Assembly (NCBI GenBank): GCA_951406725.2
Contig: OX597814.1
Span: forward strand, 21,452,001 to 21,516,000
Length of the DNA stretch: 64,000 nucleotides
DNA from: Octopus vulgaris
Taxonomy: Eukaryota
Reading direction: 5' to 3'
Shown one piece after another: positions 1 to 10,234 of this stretch. The position numbers and the translations under genes are program-made. The notes beneath the pieces were generated by a model, which was not told the origin of the DNA, ran no database searches, and saw only the letters and a program-made list of their open reading frames with translations. Each line of letters begins with the position of its first letter. Positions within the stretch are counted from its first letter, which is position 1.

Positions 1-157
1 GAATATTTGTCCTCATCTTGGTTGTTGTTAACACAACGTTTCGGCTAATATACCCTCCAGCCTTCATCAGGTGTCTTGAGGAAATTTCGAACTTGGTTTC
101 TCATTCCTAAGGTATTTTTCGATGTTGTTGTTGTTGTTGTTATTATTATTATTATTC
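1..157 (-). mobile_element. 3' part of the hammerhead-bearing short element (same family as 31916-32580 and 5301-5458), ending in a (GTT)n(ATT)n tract
   Basis: 1-125 aligns closely with 31947-32070. It contains a hammerhead motif, and the Dong 3' end abuts its ATT tract. Confidence 0.8.
30..75 (-). ncRNA. Minimal type-I hammerhead ribozyme motif (PLE-type)
   Basis: Minus strand reads gacac-CTGATGA-aggctg-gagggtatat-tagcc-GAAA-c-GTT-gtgtt. Both core boxes are intact, stems I and II pair, and stem III is a palindromic AACGTT with no loop, as in PLE dimeric hammerheads. Confidence 0.75.
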
Positions 158-392
158 TATGTTTGACTTTTGCTTTATATTTGTACAAGTTGGCTCCAGG
201 TCTCACCCAGAGACCTCAAGAGACAACAGGGTTGGAAGTTCATGTTGTTGTTATGCCTAGTGTGCCATATATTTGGGGGGTGGGGATGTTGTACTAATGA
301 ATGTCTAAAAATTAAAAAAAAAAAAAAAAAAAAAGGTTTTTTTTTTGTTTTTTTTTTTAAACCGAAAATTATGTTTGTTTTAAACCTTGAGA

Positions 393-3300
393 TTACATAG
401 AGAGTATTTTGCGTAGGATATGAGCAGTTCCCATGAGCACTATCTTTTGAACTTCTGCCATTTTTGGGTTTCCTGGTATCTGAGTTAGGTAGCTATCAGC
501 CCCTTTTGCTATCATTCCCAGGGCACCTATGACAACAGGTATTGTTTTAGTCTTCAGCTTCCACATTTTGCTGATTTCTATTTCAAGATCTTTATATTTG
601 CTCAGTTTTTGGTAGGTCTTGACAGATACGTTTATATCGATTGGGACAGTCATATCAATGAGGAGGCATGTTCTTTGTTTGAAGTTTTTCAATATGATGT
701 CTGGCCTATTTGCATCTATCTTCCTGTCAGTTTGAATGGTGAAGTTCCAGAGGAGTGAGATGTGGTCATTTTCAAGCACTGGGGGTGGTTTGTGTTCCCA
801 CCAGTTTTTTTCATGGGGCAAATCCAGGTTTTTACAGATTACCCAGTGAATATATTGTGCAGCTCTATCGTGCCTGTTGAGATACTCTGTAGGCGCTAGA
901 AGACTGCACTTGGAGACCACATGGTCAATGGTTTCATTTTGTTGCTTGCATACACGACACGTTGGACTGCTTCTGATCTTTAATATGTTGGCCTGGTAGT
1001 TTCTTGTTGGTAGGCATTGATCTTGAGCTGCTATGATAAACCCCTCTGTTTCAGATTTTAAGCCAGAGGCCATTAGCCATTGATGGGTCAGGGCTTTGTC
1101 GATATCTGCATTATTCGCTCTCTTTGGGTATTTGCCATAGAGAGGTTTTTCTTGCCATTTATTATTCAGAATATCTAAGGCCGCAGTTTTGGCACGGGTT
1201 TTCATGCGCCTAGCTTTTTCTGTGCTTGTTTCTTGTATATCTATCTCCGAAATTGGTTGTATTCGGAATTCACTTAGATATTCCTTTGCCTGTTTTGTGA
1301 CTGAGTATGATGCTTTCTTGTTTTCATGTTTTGAGACAAGTTTTAGCATCCAGTCCTCAGAGTTTTTCAGGTAGGTGTCTAGGCCAATTGTAGCAATCTT
1401 CATTGTTATTGCCAGTTGCAAAAGACCACGGCCTCCCTCTTTTCTTGGCAGATAGAGTCGTTCTGTATCTGCCTTAGGGTGGTGCATTCTATGCATTGTC
1501 AACAGTTTCCTTATTTTTCTGTCGAGCTGACATATTTCAGTAATTGACCAGTTAACAATATTGAAACTGTAAGTCACGACTGGTATAGCTAATGCATTGA
1601 TTGCTTCGATCCTGTTTCTTGCATTCAGCTCTGTCTTGAGTATTGCTCTCACTCTTCGATAGCATTCTCTCCTGATCCTTTCCTTCATCTCTGAATGCCT
1701 TATTCCGTTCCCTTCAATTATCCCTAGGTACTTGTAGCTCTCCGCTGGGTCTAGTTCTTTTATGACATTCTGTTGGTCAAGGTTAACGTTAGATGTTTCT
1801 GTCATTTTTCCTTTGATAAAGGTAGCCTTTGCACATTTATCGAGGCCGAATTGCATTCTGATGTCGTCACTGAATTGTTTGACTATCGCTAGTAAGCCCT
1901 TGAGTTGTTGATCATTTTTTGCAAAAAGCTTTAAATCATCCATGTAAACGAGATGATTTATATTTTTATCAAACATTTTATACCCGTACTGCGCGTCATT
2001 GAGCAGCTTTGAGAGAGGTATTAAGGATAAACAAAAGAGGAGTGGTGACAGTGAGTCACCCTGGAAAGTGCCACACGAAATTTTTACATCACCAGCATTT
2101 AGGAATTCACTGTCACTGTTCAGAGTTAGTGTGGTTCTCCATGATCTCATACTTACAGTCAAGAAGTTTCGCAGAGTTGGTGCTATCTTATACATTTCAA
2201 GGCATTTTCTAATCCAGCTATGTGGTAGGCTATCAAAAGCCTTTTTATAGTCTATCCAGGCTATTGATAAGTTTTTGTGTCGTTTGTGACAATCTTCTAA
2301 GATCATCTTATTGATGAGTAGTTGGTCTTTACAGCCGTAGGATCCACGTTTACATCCTTTCTGTTCATTAGGGAATATGCTGCTGTCTGTTAAAAAACTA
2401 TAGGTATATTCCGTCAGGACAGATGTTAGTGTTTTGTACATAGTTGTTAAGCAAGTTATGGGTCTATAGTTTTTTGGTTCATTTGTTTCTTCACTTTTTG
2501 GAAGCAGGAATGTTAACCCATTAACTAGCCAAGGAGGCATCCTACTAGGGTGTTGCAAAACATCATTGTACAGTTCTGTTAGCAGTTCATGGCTCTCTGG
2601 GAAGGCATTCAGCCAGAAGTTAGGAATTTTATCCTTTCCTGGAGACTTCCATTTGCTTGACCTCCTGAGAGCAGATCTTATATCTTCTACCTTGACACCC
2701 TCCCACTTTTGCTCTTCTAAGGGGTCCAGTTCTGTAGATATTCTGTCAATCCAGGGGGCCTTTTCGTTGTGTGTTTTTTCTTCTGCCCAGATTTTATTCC
2801 AAAATCTCTGCACTTCTTCTTTTGATGGTACAGACCCTGCAGTAAACGCTGTTTTTCCTATCTTCCGGTAAAAATTCTTGGTGTTATTTTTGAACATGTT
2901 GTTGTCCTTGAAAAATCTAACACGCTTTTCATACCTCGCTATGCGGGCAGCTTTGGCAGATACCTTTTGTTTGATGGTTTCTATGGTGGCATCAATATCA
3001 AGTATAGTTTTCATATTGTATTTTTTCAGTAATTTTTGGGTTTTTGTAGGTTTGGTAATCTTGTGAGCCTTAAGGTTTTTCAAATATTCAATGTCAGATC
3101 TAAATATTTTAATTTGTTGTTGCAGACGCTCTTGCCAAGAAGGCTTTTTGTGGGACTGTTGCCGTTTTCTAATCTTTACACCACATAGGATCGTTGAGAT
3201 TTTCGCGGATGCATAGTATAGGTGGTTGAGGTTTGTGATATCAACATCATTAACTGAAATTATATCCTTAAGTGCAAGCCGGATTTTACCAATTATTTTC

Positions 3301-3608
3301 ATGTTTTGGTTAGAGTTGCGGATTTTAGGAAGTGTATCACGCTCATCCATGCTGGTTTCTTTAATTTTCAGCCATTCAATCATGATTTGATTTTTTAGCT
3401 CATGTAGTTCTGTTGGGTCAATATTTGTGTGACTTTCTTTATCTATTTGATGCTCATCTGTCTTAGTGTTTATGATTGGTTCAGGGCGTATTTCACTTTG
3501 CCTATCACTTATACTAACTCTTTCAATCCTCTCTTCGTTTTTATCCGCCCTGGGCTGGTCTATAATCATTTCCTCTGTATTATCTTCTCTAGCTGCAGCT
3601 TCGTTCAT
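393..3608 (-). CDS. R4/Dong LINE polyprotein (RT, CCHC knuckle, PD-(D/E)xK RLE), 1071 aa uninterrupted
   Basis: RT motifs KSPGKD, NYRPITCL, EQKGC, AWIDYKKAFDS, FQGDSLSPLLF, YMDDLK, YKYLG and GGRGL. Also CRVC..ETIDHVVSKC, RHD, RPDII, IDMTVP and KLSKYKDL. Confidence 0.95.
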   Translation of the reverse strand: MNEAAAREDNTEEMIIDQPRADKNEERIERVSISDRQSEIRPEPIINTKTDEHQIDKESHTNIDPTELHELKNQIMIEWLKIKETSMDERDTLPKIRNSNQNMKIIGKIRLALKDIISVNDVDITNLNHLYYASAKISTILCGVKIRKRQQSHKKPSWQERLQQQIKIFRSDIEYLKNLKAHKITKPTKTQKLLKKYNMKTILDIDATIETIKQKVSAKAARIARYEKRVRFFKDNNMFKNNTKNFYRKIGKTAFTAGSVPSKEEVQRFWNKIWAEEKTHNEKAPWIDRISTELDPLEEQKWEGVKVEDIRSALRRSSKWKSPGKDKIPNFWLNAFPESHELLTELYNDVLQHPSRMPPWLVNGLTFLLPKSEETNEPKNYRPITCLTTMYKTLTSVLTEYTYSFLTDSSIFPNEQKGCKRGSYGCKDQLLINKMILEDCHKRHKNLSIAWIDYKKAFDSLPHSWIRKCLEMYKIAPTLRNFLTVSMRSWRTTLTLNSDSEFLNAGDVKISCGTFQGDSLSPLLFCLSLIPLSKLLNDAQYGYKMFDKNINHLVYMDDLKLFAKNDQQLKGLLAIVKQFSDDIRMQFGLDKCAKATFIKGKMTETSNVNLDQQNVIKELDPAESYKYLGIIEGNGIRHSEMKERIRRECYRRVRAILKTELNARNRIEAINALAIPVVTYSFNIVNWSITEICQLDRKIRKLLTMHRMHHPKADTERLYLPRKEGGRGLLQLAITMKIATIGLDTYLKNSEDWMLKLVSKHENKKASYSVTKQAKEYLSEFRIQPISEIDIQETSTEKARRMKTRAKTAALDILNNKWQEKPLYGKYPKRANNADIDKALTHQWLMASGLKSETEGFIIAAQDQCLPTRNYQANILKIRSSPTCRVCKQQNETIDHVVSKCSLLAPTEYLNRHDRAAQYIHWVICKNLDLPHEKNWWEHKPPPVLENDHISLLWNFTIQTDRKIDANRPDIILKNFKQRTCLLIDMTVPIDINVSVKTYQKLSKYKDLEIEISKMWKLKTKTIPVVIGALGMIAKGADSYLTQIPGNPKMAEVQKIVLMGTAHILRKILSM

Positions 3609-4203
3609 TTTATCCGATATTGCTTGTCTAACCTGATCAATCTCTACTTCAGTCAGTAATTTCTTTTTTTATAATGTTTCTTCTAACATTGGCAAGCTTG
3701 TTACTGTCTATGTAGGGTCTTACTACTGTTTCTGTCTCCAGTTTAAGTATGCTTGTACAGTGCTAGACTTATCTGTGGGGAAATATATGGCATGGTAGAA
3801 GGCCTCAAGAACTTCTTTATTATCTTCCCTAGACCATTTTTCCTTCTTTTTCTTTTGATTATTTGGTGATGAGCATGGATGGCCATCTGTTGGAATATTC
3901 CGGTTGTGGGGTTCGTCCAGCTCCTGTGTGTTGGGAAGATTTGATCCAGTAACTGATTTTTCAATCAGGATTTGGTTCAATTTTCGGGTACGTGGTCTTT
4001 TGTAATCCGCGCAATGACCAATGCGGTTTATTGTTTGATTTGTTGACCTTGAAGCATGACGAGCATCCATTCTTATATTAGGAGATGGATCTGTCAGTTT
4101 AGGGTTCACTACGTGTAAGCATTGCTCATAGCGCCGCTTCTTAAGACTAGCAGATCTATATTCGTCTGTATTTTTTTTTGTTGATAGTTTTATCTCCGGA
4201 CAT
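3609..4203 (-). pseudogene. Frameshifted N-terminal extension of the Dong ORF
   Basis: From the ATG at 4203, through ORF 3723-4109 (KWSREDNKEVLEAFYHA), to a shifted frame reading RPYIDSNKLANVRRNII..LTEVEIDQVR. These match the second Dong copy (KWTREEYISILHAYFTA; NPNKLANVRRYIL..SEIEIEHL). Shifts lie at about 4175, 3725 and 3665. Confidence 0.75.
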
Positions 4204-5085
4204 TTTTTTTTTTTTTTTTTTTTTTTCCTTTCCTCCTCTTCCTTTCTTCAAGGCTTACTGTGTCTGTATTAGTTCGAAATAATGAGAATAAAATACGGAG
4301 AAGGAAACGAAAAGAAAGGGAAAAAGACGGGATCTGTCAGTTATTATTGTTATTACTATCATCTTCACCACCATCACCATCATCAGCAACATCACCATCA
4401 CCATCATCATCTTCAATGACATTGTTTTATGTGTAGCCACAGCCACCATCAACACTCCATTGTGTTGGAGAATGGGTGGTTAAAGAATTCATGTTCTTTG
4501 GGTCTATAAATAGCCACGGTAGATGGAGACAAAGGACGTTAATGGTCAGTAAAAGGTCAAACCTGTTTACGTTTATTTATTTATTTATTTATTATTTTTT
4601 TTTCCTTTCTCTTTTCTTCTTCACCACATGCATATGTATATGTATATATATGTATATTCACTCACACATATTATCTGATGTTTTCGTCGAAGATTTTTTT
4701 TCTTTTTTTTAAATAACTTTCTGAGTTCAATGTTATGTATATATTTTTAAATTTCTGAATTCAGTTGTATGTATATAGTAGTAGGTGCTTAATTCCATAA
4801 CTTTTTATCGTGCATTTAATTGTGTTGTTACAATAAAAGGTAATTTAAAAGGCAATTTTACACATTCTTATAGTCATGAGAGACGACTAAATGTAAATGT
4901 TCACACAGAATTGGAGATATTTATGTTTCTAATTTTTCTTGTTAGGTGTACGTTTGTATGAGCTGTAGATATGTAAGTTTTTTTTTACTTATTTTGAGGG
5001 TAATTCAAATTACTTACAGTAAACAGTAGATCTTCCAGTTTTCTACAGTTGACCTGCTGGGTTCGCTGTTGCCAGTTCAGAGCAT

Positions 5086-5170
5086 CGTAAAAATACGTCC
5101 ATCCTCTGTCACGTCCAGCCGCCTTCTCCGTAAAAATACGTCCATCCTCTGTCACGTCCAGCCGCCTTCT
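5086..5170 (+). repeat. Perfect 42-bp tandem duplication next to (ATT)n
   Basis: cgtaaaaatacgtccatcctctgtcacgtccagccgccttct occurs twice (about 5086-5127 and 5129-5170). Confidence 0.9.
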
Positions 5171-5174
5171 AATA

Positions 5175-5228
<54 letters not shown>

Positions 5229-5300
5229 AGGTTTATTATTAAGGAAGGAGAGGAAAATATTAGATTTATAAACCCAAAAATTCACTCCATAATTGACCAC

Positions 5301-5458
5301 GGGCATATGGCGTAGTGGTTAAGAGCGTGGACTACTAACCCCAAGATTCCGAGTTCGAAATTTCCCCCAAAATGAGGGCTGGAAGGCATATAAGCCGAAA
5401 CGCTGTGTTAACAACAAACAAGATGAGGAAAAATATCCGTTAAATGTAAATAATGTTC
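5301..5458 (+). mobile_element. Internally deleted copy of the tRNA-head/hammerhead short element
   Basis: Head gggcatatggcgtagtggttaagagcg...gagttcga (A/B boxes) is fused directly to the 3' module (..gggctggaaggcatataagccgaaacgctgtgttaacaacaaacaagatgagg..). The CTGATGA core is damaged. Confidence 0.75.
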
Positions 5459-5699
5459 GTTAAACTGTTTCTCAAACTATGACCGTGTGTAACCAAATAC
5501 ACTAGTAAGTGTTTTGGGGGCATTTGATGGTCAACATTCTCTTTTTTTTAAAGATTGGTTTAATGCCTTAGTTTTAATTTCACTATCTTTTCCATCTTGT
5601 TTCTATTCTGGGCCTTTCACCATCGCTGTTCGTAATTTGTGAGGTACCCCTCACACAGATACTACGTAAAGTGACACACAGATACTTGAAAAGTGGAAG

Positions 5700-6310
5700 A
5701 AAATTAAATCATGTTATATATGGATGACTTAAAAACCTTTGGAAAGACCGAACATGAAATAAATGGCCCAGTTTCAACAATGCAGATATTCAGTAAGGAT
5801 ATTGGGATGGAATTTGGGACTAAAAGTTGTAGTATGCTTATAATACAAAACTTCAAAGTAGTGTCGTCTGATAGTGCAGAAATATTCAACGGTGAGAAAA
5901 TCAAGGATATTGAGAGTGATTCGTTATAAGTATCAATAAGTATCAGGGTATTTTGGAATATGACAAAATCAAGGAAAGCAAAATGAGGGAAAACTTTAGT
6001 CGAGAAGTTTTATATATCAGAAGAACCAAATTAATTATGGGAAGTAGGCCCAATGGAAAAAACAAGACCAGGGCAATTAACACATGGGCTGTTTCCGTAA
6101 TGCTATATGGCGCAGGTGTTTTTACGTGGATAAAGAACGAGCTTGATGAAATAGACAGAAAAACAAGAAAAGTGTTGATAATTAACAACGAACTACACCC
6201 AAAAAGTAATATTGACAGTCTGCATGTACCTAGGAACAAGGGAGGAAGAGATCTCATAGGATATAAGATCTGTGTTGTCAACGAGAACAGTCTGGAATGG
6301 TACATCAAAC
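5700..6310 (+). pseudogene. Decayed R4/Dong-like RT fragment
   Basis: LYMDDLKTF, DIGMEFG, AINTWAVSV, IDRKTRKVL, HPKSNIDSLHVPRNKGGRDL. Confidence 0.8.
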
Positions 6311-6690
6311 AGCAGAGTTTTCAGTTGTCCTTCAAGTGCTTAGAACACTCCTGATAATCCTTGCTGTCCCTAAGAGACAAGCTTTCTGTAGGAGCTGTAC
6401 CGGGCATTCTATTCCACTCTTCTTCAGCCATTTGTCTTCATCTTTGTCTACTGTTCCTAACGCACGAGTTATTATAGGCACGACCTTTACTGTTAGCATG
6501 ATCCAAATTCTTCCTATTTCAAATTTTAAGGGATTGTACGTTTTATGTTTTCTTCTTCTTTACGATCCTGTAATCAAACGGACATGATGGATCAGTAAGC
6601 AACTTCACTTTTCCTTATCTATAACTGTTATGTCCGGTCTATTTGTTTCTAAATTCTTGTCCGTTTGAATAGAAAAGTCCCACACAATCT
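6311..6690 (-). pseudogene. R4/Dong-like RLE 3'-end fragment (same family as 45100-45440 and 49750-50050)
   Basis: Nucleotide similarity to 45130-45430 and to the reverse complement of 49750-50040. Encodes ..RPDI..YNPLKFEIGRIW..ELLQKACLLGTARIIRSVL. Confidence 0.75.
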
Positions 6691-6759
6691 TACAATCCTC
6701 CGACTCCAGTCCACTTTCGACACGGAATTTGAACCATATGCTTCTAGCTTCAAATCCCC

Positions 6760-7050
6760 ATTTCTGACAGTTTCTGACACATTCTTTTGTACAGCTGGCC
6801 CAAGGCAGTAGGCGAGAGATGCTATCACAGAAGACATGAGCGTGTCCTCAAGACTATCGATGAGACTGTCTTTAAGAGAATCAATGACAGCAGAAAATCC
6901 CCTGTTTTAGCCAGGAAGAACGTCGTTTTAATGAGAGAAAGATGTCAAAAAAAAAGACTCAAGAAAAATCTCCGATGGCATACTAAATGTTATAAGTTAA
7001 CTTGTAGAAGCAGTTATAAGGAGACTGGAGTTAACTGTGCACTGTGATGA
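6760..7050 (+). pseudogene. HERO/NeSL-like RLE LINE fragment (knuckle/RHD region)
   Basis: HIL..SWPKAVGERCYHRRHERVLKTIDETV resembles the HERO-type pattern HILSxCPKALxxGRYxWRHDxVLKxI. Confidence 0.55.
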
Positions 7051-7139
7051 GAGAATGGGTGAGGCGAAAGTAGGAAGAGAGCAAAATCGTGGGGAGGACT
7101 CCCGCCTGAATAGGTAGAGGACTAAGTGTTTTGTTAGCA

Positions 7140-7675
7140 GAGGTATAATTTTTACAACCAGGTCGTGCCTCTATTTCTTATATTTATCCTGTGCTAACTT
7201 GGGATATTCTTCCACAATGTATGTCACCGTCTTGCTCCAAGTTCCACAGGATCTACATTTTTCTGACATATTCTTTCCTTATATATTTTTTATTAAATTG
7301 TTTGTTAGACTCTCTGTTTCTTTTTTAATTGTCCCTTTTTTAACCAAGTCATGAATGTTGTTCCACATACGTCGTCAGTGGCTCCCCAAAATTGTCCACG
7401 CAGGAGTTTTTCTTCAATTTGTCTGACGTGCTTTCTTTGTATTTCATTCTTGTCCTTTTCACCCATTAGACGCTTCATCACATGTTCTTTATTCACAGTC
7501 GCTAGTATTTTTTCTGTGCTGCTCTGTAAATAATCTACTAGGCTTTTTCTTTCCATCTGTACACACTCTTCTACTGCTGTTAAGCCTCTTCCACCCTGGT
7601 CTCTCCTCAAATACGGCCGGTTGATACCAGTTTTTGGATGGTGGGCTCCGTATATTGTCAACAGCTGTCTAGCTG
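7140..7675 (-). pseudogene. Decayed R4/Dong-like fragment (post-RT region)
   Basis: HHPKTGINRPYLRRDQGGRGL..EECVQMERKSL..WLKKGQLKK. Confidence 0.75.
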
Positions 7676-7699
7676 CCTAGGATAAAGCCCTCACTTTCT

Positions 7700-9543
7700 A
7701 CCTTTAGCCCAGATGGGTGTACTTCTGGTCTACATCAGTTTGTTTGCTACGGGCCACATAATTTGCCATGCAGCAGTTTTTGTTCCCCCCTATCAGCCAA
7801 TTATTCAAGCGCAATTTGCTTTGCTATTGATTTCACCTTTGCAGCTACAGTTGCTGCACTTCTCTCACGATGTTCAACCTGGGTATTATGCATAAACTCA
7901 GTTGAAAATGTTTTACTCTCCTTCATAACAGAATGAAGCTTCTTACATTTTTCATGGTTTTTCAACGAGCTTTGGCATCCAGTCGTTAGATGTTTCAAGA
8001 TATTTTGACGGTCCAACTGTGGTGATTTTCTAGTAGATTTCAAATTGGATCAATCCTCGATCTCCTTGAGCTCTGGGTAGGTAAAGACGATCTGAGTCTG
8101 CTTTGGTGGCGCATCCTTTTACAAGTCAGCAGCTTACGAATTTTCCTGTCAATCTTCCTTATTTCCCTCATATTCCAGTTCAACACATTGAAACTATAAA
8201 TAACAACCGGAACTGCTAAGGAATTTATAGCTAACACCTTGTTACGTGCATTTAACTCCGATTTTAGGACTGCTCACACTCTCCTGTAACACTCCTTTCT
8301 CATTTTCTCTTTCATACTTGCATGTTGAATGCCAGAGCCCTCATTTATTCCGAGGTATTTGTAAGTTTGTTCTTGTTCGAGTTTTTTTTATGGCTGTGTC
8401 AACATTCAACACCGCTGAATGTGAGGTCTTCAGTTTCCCTTTTGGAAAGTGGCCTTGACACATTTATCAAAACCAAATTCCATCCCAATGTCATCACTGA
8501 ATGCTTTCACTGTACGCTTCAAGTCTATTATTGTCTTTGCCTTAGTTTTAAGACATCCATATAAAATAGATGGCTTATGTTCTTACCGCCAATTTTTTAT
8601 CCGTACCTGTTCTGTTAAGTTTATTTGTAAGTGATATTAGGGCAATGCAGAAAATTAAAGGTGGAAGCGACTCACCTTGGAACTTACCGCAGTTGATATT
8701 AATATTTTTGGTGGTCAGTACTCCCATTTGAGAGGTATAATTGGAGATTCGTATTTCAAATTGACATGTTGTGCTTTAGGACGTTTGAAAACAAAGGAGA
8801 AATTTTGAAGATATCCAGCGATTTCAAAATCCATGAATGCGATATGCTGTCGAAGGCCTTTTTATAATCAATCCATGCAGAACTGAGGTTTCTGCGTTTG
8901 TTTTGACAGTTTTCAAGGATCATACGATTGATTAAGAGTTGGTCTTTGCATCCATATGAGTCTCATCGACACCCTTTTTGTTCAGTGGAGAAAATATTGT
9001 TCAGTTCCATAAATTTTTCTCCAAGAGTATGGATGTTAACATTTTATACGTGGTAGATAGACATGTTATGGGCCGATAGTTTTGGGGAAATTTGGTTTCA
9101 TTATTCTTCGTGAATAGGTAAGTAATACCTCTTGCTAACCAGTCAGGTGTTTTCTCATAATTACATTGAATAACTTTTCGTGTGCGCACGGAAGGGAGGC
9201 GAGCCAGAAATTTGACACCTTATCTTTACCAGATTTCCCTTTATGAGCCTTCGTCAGTGTCATCCTTAGGTCTGCTATTGTGTTGTCTTCCCATGCTTGT
9301 TCTGATAAGTTTTAGTAGGATCCTTCTGTGTATATAATCCAGTCTGCATTTTCATCGTAAACCTTTTCATTACTCCAGATATTTTCCAGTTCTCAACATC
9401 TCCCATGGCAGCGGGGTCTTCAACGTTATTCTCCTTCCCTATTTCTCTATAGAATATTTTCGCATTGGATGTGAACAGTTTATTTTGCATTCAAACTTGC
9501 TTCTTTTCTCAAATCTTCATATTCTTTGCGATTTTGCTTGAAT
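7700..9543 (-). mobile_element. 5'-truncated decayed Dong-like LINE abutting (TAA)n
   Basis: NKLFTSNAKIFYREIGK, PDWLARGITYL..NYRPITCLSTTYK, AINSLAVPVVIYSFNVLNW..KIDRKIRKLL. The 5' end sits at the 9544-9719 tract. Confidence 0.8.
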
Positions 9544-9589
9544 TTATTATTATTATTATTATTGTTGTTGTTGTTGTTGTTATTATTAC

Positions 9590-9630
<41 letters not shown>

Positions 9631-9633
9631 TTA

Positions 9634-9718
<85 letters not shown>

Positions 9719-9719
9719 C
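9544..9719. repeat. (ATT)n microsatellite
   Basis: Direct reading. Confidence 0.95.
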
Positions 9720-9789
9720 ATTGGTCGTATTTTTTTCTGTTTTACTCAGCAATATAGAGCAGCGCCCACGAAGTTTGTACGGCTTTTTA

Positions 9790-10040
9790 AATTGGTGAGA
9801 TTGATGCAGTTGATGTGAATATATATATAAGCGTAACAGTAACGTTTATGTTGGTAGGAAGGACGTTCCATAGCGTTGATATTTCATGGAAGATGGACTT
9901 GCAATGGCTTGTGTGACCCGGAAGAGGATAAGTGATAAGAGAAACAGAGATGAATATGTTGAGTACTTTCCATGGTATCATAACTTCTGGTATATGAGGA
10001 TAATGTTTAATATCAACACAATGTCGCAGTGTTTCAAGGA
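9790..10040 (-). pseudogene. Possible ancient CR1/Jockey-group LINE C-terminal relic
   Basis: HTSHCKSIFHEISTLWNVLP resembles the SFFPRTxxLWNxLP C-terminal motif. Confidence 0.35.
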
Positions 10041-10166
10041 AGAACTCAAGCGATTTCCAGTGTTCTATTATTGATTTTTAATATAAAAACAATGCGTCAA
10101 ATTTGGTAGTGCCTATGGTCGATTATATCTTCCACACTACCAAAGAATCTAGTCTAAAATACATAT

Positions 10167-10234
<68 letters not shown>

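Larger units (their letters stand above)
158..4340 (-). mobile_element. Near full-length R4/Dong-clade non-LTR retrotransposon (RT + restriction-like endonuclease)
   Basis: Long ORF with RT and RLE motifs. The 3' UTR ends directly in (TAA)n at about 157, and the 5' side borders an ATT-rich tract at about 4341. The 5' boundary is approximate. Confidence 0.9.

Noticed and set aside
305-362. A-run/T-run hairpin in the Dong 3' UTR as a terminator-like structure
   Set aside because: The sibling copy (about 45730-45770) lacks the long runs, so this is probably slippage or low-quality sequence.
4200-4345. HDV-like ribozyme at the Dong 5' end (known in some RLE LINEs)
   Set aside because: I could not identify the nested double-pseudoknot pairing by eye here or at 33827-34045.
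9465-9818. Poly-I/L/N ORFs and the many YI/CV/HT/LS-repeat ORFs throughout the track
   Set aside because: Translations of microsatellites, not genes.
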